Shown here piece by piece: positions 50,560 to 61,253 of a stretch of DNA of 64,000 bases. The DNA is from Selaginella moellendorffii (taxonomy: Eukaryota; Plantae; Lycopodiophyta): assembly GCF_000143415.4 (NCBI RefSeq), contig NW_003314267.1, positions 1,890,185-1,954,184 of the forward strand, in the 5' to 3' direction. Positions within the stretch are counted from its first letter, which is position 1; the number at the start of each line of letters is the position of its first letter. The notes under the pieces were generated by a model. It was not told the DNA's origin, made no database searches, and worked only from the letters and a program-made list of their open reading frames with translations. The translations under genes were made by a program, and so were the position numbers.

Positions 50560-51364
50560 AGAGGGGTAAGGTGTCAAGAGAGTAGGGCTCGAGAGAGAGA
50601 TGTATCTTTTACCTTTCATTCACGAGGGCGTGAACCAAAGAGAATGACTAAAGAGACAATTCATAAGGGTTCAAATATAAAAAGAAAGGGCTTATAAATA
50701 AAAATGCACTCTTTTTCCAATTAATTAATAGTTTTGGGATATTTGGGATTAAGGGTCATAGGATATTTGGGGTTAAGTGTCTTTGGGTTTAAATAGTACT
50801 AAGTTGGGTGACCTCCCAGGAAGTTCAAATCTACCAACTTATATTTGGTATCAAAGAAGTCTTGGGTCTGACTCTATTGGTTAGCTAGAAGAATCATACT
50901 ATATATTGAAATTGACATTTGGTAGGTTTAATATTTGACCCATCAAAAGAGCAGGACTCTCGAGAGGGTTATGGCTTTTAGCTTTTGTTCATGAGGGTGT
51001 GAATTTATAGCCATATGTTGAGATGAAATTGACATCTAGTAGGTCCATTTTGCCTCCAATTGGGCCTCCAATTGAGGGGTAGGGTATCAAGAGAGTGGAG
51101 CTCTTAAAAGAGTTACAACTCTTAGCTTTAATTCACGAGGGCATGAACTTGTAAGAAAATATAGTGAATTATAAGTAACAAAAAGAAATGATTAAAGAGA
51201 TGATCTATAGAGGTTCAAATATAGAAGGAAAGGGCCTATAAACAAGAGTGCATTCTCTTTTTTAATTGGCTAAGAGTCTTGAGATATTTAGGGTTAAGCA
51301 TCCTTAGGTTTGAATAGTATTAATTTGAGTGACTTCCCAATAAATCTAAATCTAATAGCTTATA
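50560..51364 (+). mobile_element. Cassandra-like TRIM (internal-LTR-PBS-internal-LTR)
   Basis: LTR about 50637-50843 with a 5S-like core at 50770-50826; PBS ttggtatcaaag at 50845-50856; short non-coding interior ending cacgagggc(g/a)tgaac; second LTR about 51170-51364. Confidence 0.7.
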
Positions 51365-51464
51365 TGATAATAGAAGTGTTAACAATATATTAGATCAATT
51401 GATTTCTTATAGCACTCAATTGCTAGATAATATAAGGTTAAGAGTCTTTGGGTTTGAATAGTAT

Positions 51465-51638
51465 TGTAAACGACTAATTTTTCCATTTTACTTTAGCCAC
51501 TTAACCACACCTCCAACCACTTGGAGAAGTCTCACTCACAACTTCCATAAGTTCTATTCTAGACTTGGGGCTTGTTATCCCCGAGAATGGCATCCATGCC
51601 ACTCAACCTTTGCATTTAGTCCAAGTGCTCCACGTGTC
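51465..51638 (-). repeat. Fragment of family-A LTR 3' end
   Basis: Matches about 10404-10575 and the reverse complement of about 2815-2981. Confidence 0.75.
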
Positions 51639-54525
51639 ATGTTATTCATGGGCCCTTTCCCTCTATATTTAAACCCCATGGATGGTTTTTTAAATCATTC
51701 CCTTTGGTTGTTTACAAAGTGTTGCTCACACTATTGCCTATTGGATGACCCAACCTTGCAAATATTTTTCAAAAAGACATGCAATAAAAAAGTGATATTT
51801 ATTGGGTTACCCCACATCCAATAGCACTAATTAGCCAAATCAAACAACCCACAAAATTTGATTTAATAGATGTAGATTAAAAAATCAACACTAAGCTAAT
51901 CTAGATTAAGATAAAAATCAGGTTTGTGGACCATACTAAGTGGTTATCTTATTGGTGGAGATGCTAAATAAGTTTTATTTCTTATTTGAAACTTTGTGTG
52001 ATGGCAAGGGAATGTGGTCCTCCTCCATGGCTAGAGGAGCAATTGGCATTAGTGTTTGTGTAACTTGCACAAAATCATGTAGGCATATAATCAGTGTTGC
52101 AAGCATTTAGCAATGAATTATGCTAGTTACAATCCTTGTCTTCATTTGACACTATTTGTTAGATTATTAATAAAGGATGTATACTCTTAGAGTGAGCATT
52201 TGGTATAGTGGCTACATAAAATAGTTAGGTTGATGTGGTGAAGTTTTATAAATTTCCTCTATACTTGAAAAGTAATATAGCCTTAAAGTTTGCAAACTTT
52301 ATAACACCTCATGATGATGTCCTCAAGCTATGACATTAATAAGATCAAAATGCAATATGCTTTGGAAAATGCATGAAGAATTTCTCAAGTGGATTAAGTT
52401 GGGCTTTCTTTATTATTTTTGGCCCAAGTGTAATATTTGTTTGTGGCCATCATCTATAAACCTTTGACGATGTTATTATAATTGTATAAAATATGGAGGA
52501 GGTAAAGCTCTTAATCCCATATCCATGTGCATCCACAACTTATTAGGACTATAGTAAGCTAGCCAGTGCCACTAGGGCAAAATTGTGCAGTGACTAGATA
52601 GGAAAGCTTATGCCCTAATGGGCCATGATACTCCATCCATGGCCCATTTGCATCCATTCCATAGCCAATAAGATTCCAGCTTTGATGGGCTATGATGCCC
52701 ATTAATGGCCCATTTGCAGCCATTCCATAGGCAAAAAGATTCTAGTGAATATTTTATAACCAAGAAAGTTGGATCAAAGACAGTTCCAATAAACTAATCT
52801 ATCTTTGTTTGTCTTTAGTTATGTTAATTGTCTTTAGTTGATTTCAGTTGACTTCAGTTGTTCTTGGTTGTCTTCAGTTGTCCTCAGTTGTTGCTAAGTT
52901 ATTTAGAGACAAGTTTATCTTAACTATTATTTAGAAAAAAATACCTCATTATAATATAAGTTTTACTAGCATTTCTTATACTTATTTGATAGTGATGTAA
53001 CATTTATGTGTCCTTCACTTTAATTACTAATAATTTCATGAGTACTAGGTATTCTTAGGACTATTCATGTCTTTCATAGTTATATTAAAAAGTTAGGATG
53101 TTTAAGTTTTTCTACAATACAGGTTGAATTCTTGAAACATAGGGAAAGTTTAATTTACTTTCAAATTTTCATTTTTGTAGATGGATAAATAAATTATATT
53201 TAATTATTACTTTTCTATTCTTTATTTTATTATTTTACTTTCCACTAATTTATGGCAATTATGTGATTGCACATTGGTACATCTTTTATTTACATATATG
53301 TGGATATTTTTTATTACACACATATATAAAAATATTATACACATAATCATGTTGATATCTATGATAAGTTATTGTATGCATTTTAATATTTGAATGGGAC
53401 TATTTAATTTTTTTAAATGATTCTTTATTTCACCTATAAAAGAATTAGGAGATGCCAGATATATATATATTTCAGTGGACTCAATTGCAATTACTCATGA
53501 ATGCGCCCTCATACTTACTATTGCTTATCATATTGACCCACTTTTCAATGCACCATTATAGAAAACCACCCTCCCATAGAAGATCCACCCTCTCTCTCAC
53601 TTCAATTCTAGTTCATTATATGTGTGACAAAAATATAATGCTTTCTAATAAGTAGCTAAATTTATATATTGTAGTATTAAAGTGTAAAGTGTAAAGTTTA
53701 AAAAGTGAAAAGTCCTATTATTAAAATACCTATAAAATAATGCAACTTAATTCATATAAAAAATATTAAACAAATGATTATAATTGGCTTCTTAATTGGT
53801 GTTTCAAGTTGAAAGATGTAATTAATATAATTTTAATTTATATGGCATTCATCAAGGAAGAAATAATTTAACATTATATCAAATTACTTTATTTGAAACT
53901 GATGGTTAATATGGATAGCAGGTTTAGGCACTTGGAAGCATTCCTCAACTTTCAAGAGTGGTCCTTTATTTGTTTTTAAGGATTTTTTTGACATGTACCT
54001 TTCACTTTGAGCGTCTACTAAAACATATAGACTTCAAAATGTAATATATATTCAAGTTTAATGGTGTTTTATAAGTATAATTAGTATAGATATATATATA
54101 ATGTGTATAGTAGATTTACTTAATATTGTTTTAAACACTTTAATACAATAATACTGCTTGATGTATTACATTATGTTTAACTCTTTATTAACCATATTTA
54201 TCACTATAAGTCTATAGTTAAAACTCATAATGGTTTCTGAGAACACTATATTTCATTATGAAACTTTATTTTTCATTTCAACTTTTTCTTTTGAAATGTT
54301 AAATAAGAAATCATCATTTTATTAATGGTAAAATACCTTTTGAATTATACCAAAACTGTCAAAAATTGAGACATGCTATAAATAAGAAAAAGCATATAAA
54401 TAAAAATTTAAGAAATTATACTAAAATAGAGAGAATGAATATTAATATACTTTTTTATTTAAAATATTATCATTTTTTGACAAATTGAAATCAATTTATA
54501 TTTTAATTTCTTATTTCTAAAATTT

Positions 54526-55223
54526 TTATCTAATATGCCATGCTGCATATCCAGTTAAACTATGATATACAACCAAATTCCCATCATCTTGTAAAGCTAA
54601 AATTGAAGGTGCTTCACAAGGAGATTTACAATATTTATCACTTGACCATAAAGAAATTTTATTTCTTGTATATAAAACTAAATTACCATCAGTTTGAAGT
54701 CTTAGTATACATCCATTTTCTCCAAGATTACCAGTATTTAATTTCCAATATTCTTGTGAGCTTGGAACATGCATTAATTGTAGCTCACAATTGTTTAACA
54801 AATTTAGTTGATAAATGTTATTTGGTGAGAGCTTTATTGTGCCTGGCATCATAAAAGAAAAGGTATTATAGTCCTCTCCACTAATAAGACCTGAATACAA
54901 AATCCAACAATCATAAAAGTCTTCTGGCTTAAGAGATGTGGTGTCAGAATCATTTATATATATTGTATTAAAAGCTTCTAAGTTGGGAATTTTTGATCCA
55001 TATTCTAAATAATAAAGAGCCATAAAATTGTTATTAACAACTATTAGAGCATCATAACCTTTCCATTTAGCTTTATCATTAAGAACATGATAAATTGGAA
55101 ATAACCCAAGCTTTAGTTCTTCACCACCAGCACCACCTTTAACATCCCATTGACCACTACAGTATCCATTTAAATTTACAGGCCCTAACATCCATGCACC
55201 AACTAACACTCTATAAGAGCCTA
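54526..55223 (-). pseudogene. 3' part of a secreted bulb-type (GNA-like) lectin gene split by the Helitron
   Basis: Two QxDxNxVxY motifs (LQTDGNLVLY, LQDDGNLVVY); joins in frame with 60846-61056. Confidence 0.85.
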
Positions 55224-55679
55224 TCTATAATAATAAGAACGAAGAACCCACACCCCCGCAGCCGTCCGATCCCAGGCCCGGGGCAGCCTCGGAAGCCATG
55301 GTCCTCGGGAAGGGGAGGCCACCCCAGGCCCGGGCCAGGGCCGGTGGCCATGGTTAGCGGGAATATCGGCTCAATGTTGTGGCGGCCAATGGGCGGGATG
55401 CACGCGTGGCCGGGAAGGGAAGAGGGCGTGGTGACAGGTGTTATGCCATGCACTCCTAGGGCTCCATGGCTGCTCTGGTCGGACACGGTTTTGGGGGCAT
55501 TCCCGTGAGAGCCTGTGCGTGGTAAGTAACAGGGGCGAGAGTAATGGTAGGATCAACGAGGCCTAGGCGAAGCAGGAGATGCTGGCTTACATCGAGCTGT
55601 TCTTGAATGGCGGCCATTCTGGTCTGAGGAAATCCTCCCATTTGCGGCAGCGTTTGGTATGATCCCTGTTGGAGATCTG

Positions 55680-55848
55680 CGTCTTTACCAGTGGATTCAT
55701 AGAACGCTACTCTTTGAAGGTATGGCATGGAGTCCCTCTTTTGCATTAGAGCGAATGTTGTGAAGGGGAGCTGACACCTCTCTGTGGGATTTGCAGGCGA
55801 GAGAAGATGTACCTCGGTGATTTTCACTTGAAAGTCGTCCATTTTCAT
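55680..55848 (-). pseudogene. Captured BAHD acyltransferase N-terminal fragment
   Basis: MDDFQVKITEVHLLSPANPT..LPFTTF..MPYLQRVAFY resembles transferase-family N-termini. Confidence 0.65.
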
Positions 55849-56008
55849 CTTCACCCCGTCGAAGATCCAAGCCCGAACTCGCAGTGACAAGCAAAGCAGC
55901 ACCGGGACTCCTAGAGGCGCGGGGATATTATGTTCTAAAAAGCACGCACGGATTGATTGGAGTCAAGTCATGGACTCTGGATATTAACACGTAAGGTGGT
56001 ACACAGGA

Positions 56009-56215
56009 TTAATTCGTTTTGACTTTCTCACTGAACTTCGCCATTGTTTCAGGAGGAAGGAACACCGTGACTTCAATGGCTTTCCCACCTCTCGGTGACG
56101 GGTCGTAGAAGCAGAAGCCGTTCCACAGCTTCGTAGCGTGTCTAACAGTGGCTGGTTTCCCCCATCCAAAGTCCAGACTATACATTGGAAATCTTGGAGA
56201 GCTGCCAGAGATTGG
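56009..56215 (-). pseudogene. Captured BAHD acyltransferase C-terminal fragment
   Basis: GSSPRFPMYSLDFGWGKP..GGKAIEVTVFLPPETM*; DFGWG is the BAHD signature. Confidence 0.9.
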
Positions 56216-56414
56216 TAAACACAACATTGGAGTTATTTTGTTGTTCTTGAGTGTGCTTTGCAAAAGTCTAATATTTTCCTTTCAGATCATTACATAGTTG
56301 TGAAATTTATATATATCCAACTGTAGTCTACATTTCTATTCTGCATAAATTTCTATACAAACTCAATTAAAATATATATATATATAATCAAACCTATAAT
56401 TGAAGTGACTGAAA

Positions 56415-59400
56415 ATGCCTCGCCTCCGCCATCTTTTGAGAACCATACGACATAGTAAACAACCTAATGGAGATTTAGATGCCTTTGAAACTATGATTGA
56501 TCATGATACACATACTATAGCTGTTCAAAATAATCATGATAATGATTCTATACACCTAAATATTAATCATGATAATGACTATATACAGCAATCAGTTGGA
56601 CACTCAGAGGCATCTGGAACCTTACATGCATGTCATTATGACAATTACATATATCAAGCAATATTAAATCCACCACTCCCACCCATGAATACCACATTAG
56701 CAAGCCATAGCATCTATAATGACTTTAACATAATAAATTTTAATATTGGTAGTTTATCATTTGTTTGTACTTTTTGTAATGCATTGCATTTTAAAGATGA
56801 AAACTCTTCAATGTGTTGCCAGAATAACCAAGTTATATTACCTCCAATTTCACCCTTACCATTTGATTTACTTTCACTTTACAAGCAAAATAAGAACTCT
56901 AATTTTAAAACAAATATTAGACACTATAATAGTGCTCTTGCTTTTGCATCTATGTCTTCTAATATTGATATTGTAAAGGGTCATGGTCCTTATTGCTTTA
57001 AAATCCATGGTCAAATATATCATAATATTGTTTCAGCACATCCTTCTGAAGGTCAACATCGAACTTATGGACAACTTTATATGCTTGATACTCTAGAAGC
57101 TACAAATATAAGAAAGCAAAACCCTTTTAATTCAAGTTGTGAGACAAACTTACTTAAACATCTTGATGCTCTCCTTCGTCATGTTAACCCATATGCTCAA
57201 GCTTTCAAAATGATGTATGAAATGGAACAAGAAGAAATTCGTTCTGCTACGCTTTCAGGTTATCCTATACGTGGTGTTTATATGTTATTAAAAACTGAAG
57301 GAACTGATCCACGACGCTATAATGCTCCACGGACAAATGATGTTGCTGTTGTATTTGTTAGTGATGATGGAGAACCGCCACATAGTCGTGAAATTTGTAT
57401 ATATCCAATTGCAAGCAATTCTAAATGTATCTCAACACTTGATTATAATTGTGATCCAATGGTTTACCCATTAATATTTCCTTTTGGTGATAGAGGTTGG
57501 CATGAAAAAATTTTTAATTCCAGACGTCGAATTACATTGCTCCAATATTATGCATACCATTTATCTATAAGAGACACAATACGCTTTGGTTTTGATCAAA
57601 TTTTACATGCAGGAAAACTCACACAACAGTATATTGTCGATGCTTATGTAAAAGTTGAAAGCAATAATTTGAATTACTATCGCACCCATCAAAAACAATT
57701 GCGAGTTGAAATGTATACTGGTCTTATGGATTATGTTGCAAACCGTGCTACTAATGAAAATATAAATCCAGGCAAGATTGTTATTTTACCTTCAAGTTTT
57801 GGGGGTGGCCCTAGAGCAATGCAACAAAATTATCAAGATGCAATGGCTATAGTTACTCATTTTTCAAAGCCAGATCTTTTCATTACTTTTACATGCAATC
57901 CCAAATGGCCAGAAATTTCTAAAAACTTACATCCAAATGAAAGCCCTGAGGATCGTCCAGACTTGGTTTCTAGAGTATTTCATATCAAGCTTAAAGAATT
58001 TTTGAATGATATTACTAAAAAACATATTTTTGGAAATTGTATTGCTTTTATATATGTAATTGAATTTCAAAAGAGAGGCCTTCCACATTGTCACTTTCTA
58101 GGGATTTTATCTCATGAAAACAAGATTAAAGACCGTGATGCTATTGACCAATACATAACGGCACAATTGCTTGATCCTCAAAAGGAACCTGAAATTTCTA
58201 AAATAATTACATCTCATATGATACATGGTCCATGTGGGCCTCTTTACCCTAATAGTCTTTGCATGGAAAATGGCACTTGCTCAAAAGGTTATCCAAAAAA
58301 ATTTAATTATGAAACTACTTTTTGTGTTGATGGATATCCAGATTATTATAGACCTGATAATGGCCGCACATTTCTAAAAAATGGGTGTTATATTGATAAT
58401 CGTTGGGTAGTACCTTATAATAAATACCTTTGTAAAAAATATAATGCTCATATTAATATTGAAATTTGTGCTACTATAAAAAGTATTAAGTATTTATTTC
58501 AATATGTTTATAAAGGTTATGATTGTGCTACAATTGAAATCCATTCAGCAACCCAACAACCTGATAATATTTTAAATTGGGATGAAATCTCAACATTTTT
58601 AAATACACGTTATGTATCTGCTCCAGAAGCAATATGGAGACTTTTTAAATTTAAAATGCATGGTCGTTCGACCCCTATAATCCGTCTTCCTATCCATCTT
58701 CCAAATTTTCAAAACGTCTATTTTATAGAAGGTTCTGAACAAATAGCACTTCAAAGAGCTACTCAAAATGGTACGATGTTGACAAAATGGTTTGAATTAA
58801 ATATAAATGACCCAAATGCTAGACAATATACATATCCTGAAATCCCTTTATATTATACATTTAACCCTTATACTCATAACTGGCAAATTCGACATACAAG
58901 AAATGTCATTCCTCGAATGTATTCTGTGTCGCCATCTAATGTTGAACTATATCATTTACGTCTTATTTTACTCCATAAAAAAGGTGCTACATCTTTCAAA
59001 GATCTCAAGACAGTTAACAATATTTATTATGACACATTTCAACAAGTTGCAGATGCAATGGGGCTTATAGCTGATGATACCGAATGGGAAAAATGTTTAG
59101 AAGATGCTTGCTTTTTTAGAATGCCATCACAATTAAGACAATTATTTGTATTACTTTGTATCTTTTGCACTCCAAAAGATCCTTACCTCCTGTGGGATAA
59201 ATTTAAAGACTTCCTCTCTGAGGATTTCATGCAAACAAATCCAATTTTTCATTATGAACATGCTTTACATGATATAAATATTAAAATGAAAATGCATGGC
59301 AAAACTAATCAAAACTATCATCTACCTATGCCGTCTGAAAAATTTGATGATGAAAATATTGTCAACTCAACACAAATATATCAAAATGTTGAACAAAATA

Positions 59401-60803
59401 TTCCTCAATTTAATCAAGAACAGTTAAATATTTTTAATGATATTCTTAATGTTATTGATCACCCAACTGAGCATAATCGATACATTTTCATTGATGGTCC
59501 TGGTGGTACTGGTAAAACATTTCTTCTTAACACTCTTATAAATATTTTACAACTGAAAAAAATAAATGTTGTTAGCATGGCTTGGACAGGAATTGCAAGT
59601 ACTTTACTTTATAATGGCCGAACTTCACATACTACTTTTAAACTTCCTGTTCTAATAAATGAAACATCAACTTCCGCTATAACTGCTAATAGTGAAGCAG
59701 GTATAAGAATCAAAACTACTAACGTATTGTTATGGGATGAAATAAGTATGGTTCACACTCATGCATTCACTGCTGTTGATCGAGTGTTGCGAGACCTAAA
59801 AAATACATCATTACCTTTTGGTGGCATAATTGTTGTTACTAGCGGGGACTTTAGACAAACACTTCCAGTCATTCCACATGGACATAGGGCACAAATTGTT
59901 TCAAGTTCTGTAAGAATGAATAAATTATGGAGATTATTTAGAAAGTTATCTTTGAAAACAAATATGCGGCTTGCTGAAAGTGATAAATCATGGTCTGAAT
60001 GGCTTCTCAAAGTTGGAAATGGTGAAAATTTTGAAAATTTACCATCTTTACCTTCTAACTCCATTTTATTACCTCATACACAACTAATTTATTCATCAAT
60101 TATTGATTTTGTCTACCCTTCAGTACTTGATATTTCAAACCCTTATATTGCAGCCAACCGAGTCATACTTACCCCACTTAACGATGATACATTTGCATTC
60201 AACAACACTATTGTCTCTAGATTACAATGTGATACATACATTTACAAAAGCATTGATTTTGTTGACACTGAACATCCTGAAAATTTTCCAACAGAATTCC
60301 TAAATTCTATCACACCTTCTAGTCTCCCACCACATAAACTCTCTCTCAAACAAGGTGCTATTCTTATCCTCCTAAGAAATATGTCTCCATCAGTAGGATT
60401 ATGCAACGGTACACGTCTCATCCTGAAAAATGCACTACCAAATGTTTTAGATTGTGAAATTGTGATGGGGCAATTTAAAGGGACAAGAGTTTTTATCCCA
60501 CGTATTACACTAATACCATCAAATACAGAAATTCCATTCAAAATGTCCAGACGACAATTTCCAATTCGTTTGGGTTACTGCTTAACAATCTCCAAATGCC
60601 AAGGACAGACATTTGACCGAGTTGGAGTTTACTTGCCCCACCCAGTTTTCACTCATGGACAACTTTATGTGGCTTTATCAAGATGCACATCACCACATGG
60701 ACTTGGAATTAAAGTTCAAAACACCACACGCCAAGGCCACCTCCTTCCTCAAGATCCTTCTGTTTTTACAATTAACACTGTCTATAAAGAGGTTTTATAT
60801 TGA
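56415..60803 (+). CDS. Helitron Rep/helicase (HUH endonuclease plus PIF1-family helicase), 1462 aa, uninterrupted
   Basis: FITFTCNPKW, VIEFQKRGLPHCH, KYLFQYVYKG, Walker A GPGGTGKT, DEISM, GDFRQTLPV, TISKCQGQT, HGQLYVALSR. Confidence 0.97.
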   Translation: MPRLRHLLRTIRHSKQPNGDLDAFETMIDHDTHTIAVQNNHDNDSIHLNINHDNDYIQQSVGHSEASGTLHACHYDNYIYQAILNPPLPPMNTTLASHSIYNDFNIINFNIGSLSFVCTFCNALHFKDENSSMCCQNNQVILPPISPLPFDLLSLYKQNKNSNFKTNIRHYNSALAFASMSSNIDIVKGHGPYCFKIHGQIYHNIVSAHPSEGQHRTYGQLYMLDTLEATNIRKQNPFNSSCETNLLKHLDALLRHVNPYAQAFKMMYEMEQEEIRSATLSGYPIRGVYMLLKTEGTDPRRYNAPRTNDVAVVFVSDDGEPPHSREICIYPIASNSKCISTLDYNCDPMVYPLIFPFGDRGWHEKIFNSRRRITLLQYYAYHLSIRDTIRFGFDQILHAGKLTQQYIVDAYVKVESNNLNYYRTHQKQLRVEMYTGLMDYVANRATNENINPGKIVILPSSFGGGPRAMQQNYQDAMAIVTHFSKPDLFITFTCNPKWPEISKNLHPNESPEDRPDLVSRVFHIKLKEFLNDITKKHIFGNCIAFIYVIEFQKRGLPHCHFLGILSHENKIKDRDAIDQYITAQLLDPQKEPEISKIITSHMIHGPCGPLYPNSLCMENGTCSKGYPKKFNYETTFCVDGYPDYYRPDNGRTFLKNGCYIDNRWVVPYNKYLCKKYNAHINIEICATIKSIKYLFQYVYKGYDCATIEIHSATQQPDNILNWDEISTFLNTRYVSAPEAIWRLFKFKMHGRSTPIIRLPIHLPNFQNVYFIEGSEQIALQRATQNGTMLTKWFELNINDPNARQYTYPEIPLYYTFNPYTHNWQIRHTRNVIPRMYSVSPSNVELYHLRLILLHKKGATSFKDLKTVNNIYYDTFQQVADAMGLIADDTEWEKCLEDACFFRMPSQLRQLFVLLCIFCTPKDPYLLWDKFKDFLSEDFMQTNPIFHYEHALHDINIKMKMHGKTNQNYHLPMPSEKFDDENIVNSTQIYQNVEQNIPQFNQEQLNIFNDILNVIDHPTEHNRYIFIDGPGGTGKTFLLNTLINILQLKKINVVSMAWTGIASTLLYNGRTSHTTFKLPVLINETSTSAITANSEAGIRIKTTNVLLWDEISMVHTHAFTAVDRVLRDLKNTSLPFGGIIVVTSGDFRQTLPVIPHGHRAQIVSSSVRMNKLWRLFRKLSLKTNMRLAESDKSWSEWLLKVGNGENFENLPSLPSNSILLPHTQLIYSSIIDFVYPSVLDISNPYIAANRVILTPLNDDTFAFNNTIVSRLQCDTYIYKSIDFVDTEHPENFPTEFLNSITPSSLPPHKLSLKQGAILILLRNMSPSVGLCNGTRLILKNALPNVLDCEIVMGQFKGTRVFIPRITLIPSNTEIPFKMSRRQFPIRLGYCLTISKCQGQTFDRVGVYLPHPVFTHGQLYVALSRCTSPHGLGIKVQNTTRQGHLLPQDPSVFTINTVYKEVLY

Positions 60804-60845
60804 ACCTCTTTGTAAACCACCCAGCATTTGCTGGGCAAGTACTCG

Positions 60846-61056
60846 TAACATTATAGAAAGCAAAACCTCTACCATATGGATAACTATGATGGTCATCAAT
60901 GGAATCCATTACTTGGTCTAATGTGTTCAAGATAACTTCTCGTGGCCCACCAACTGGGATGACATTTTCATGCCCAACATATTCTAAACTACTCTCCAAA
61001 ACAATTACTATGTTTAATAGAAATGATAACAATAGTAACACAGAGTTTACTTTCAT
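60846..61056 (-). pseudogene. 5' part (signal peptide) of the Helitron-split lectin gene
   Basis: MKVNSVLLLLSFLLNIVIVLESS hydrophobic leader; frame continues across the Helitron as FYNV-I-GSYRVLVGAWM. Confidence 0.85.
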
Positions 61057-61253
61057 TTTGTTTAAGTGATTATTTTCCTTCTATAAATAAAAAAGGTAAT
61101 ACTAGGCCCTATTTATAAAGTGGGAACGTAGACTTTTATTTTAATAATCCACAAAACTTTGGAAATTAAGTTGAAAAAGAAAATTGATATACCAAAATAA
61201 AGTATCTTTTTTCTTTTAAAAAAAGTACTACTAAGCGTCTTCATTAGTAGAGA

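Larger units (their letters stand above)
55224..60845 (+). mobile_element. Complete Helitron, 5622 bp
   Basis: A|TCTATAAT 5' end; hairpin CCCAGCATTTGCTGGG at 60820-60835 then CTCG|T; no TSD; removal restores the host ORF. Confidence 0.92.

Noticed and set aside
50770-50826. 5S rRNA gene
   Set aside because: Only the internal ~57 nt resemble 5S, embedded in an LTR with a PBS; treated as a Cassandra-like TRIM.
52600-52900. Short local duplications and 10-bp tcagttgtct repeats
   Set aside because: Low-complexity; no termini or other structure to support a call.
60772-61056. 94-aa stand-alone secreted peptide ORF
   Set aside because: Its last residues are read-through into the Helitron end; it is the 5' half of the split lectin gene.
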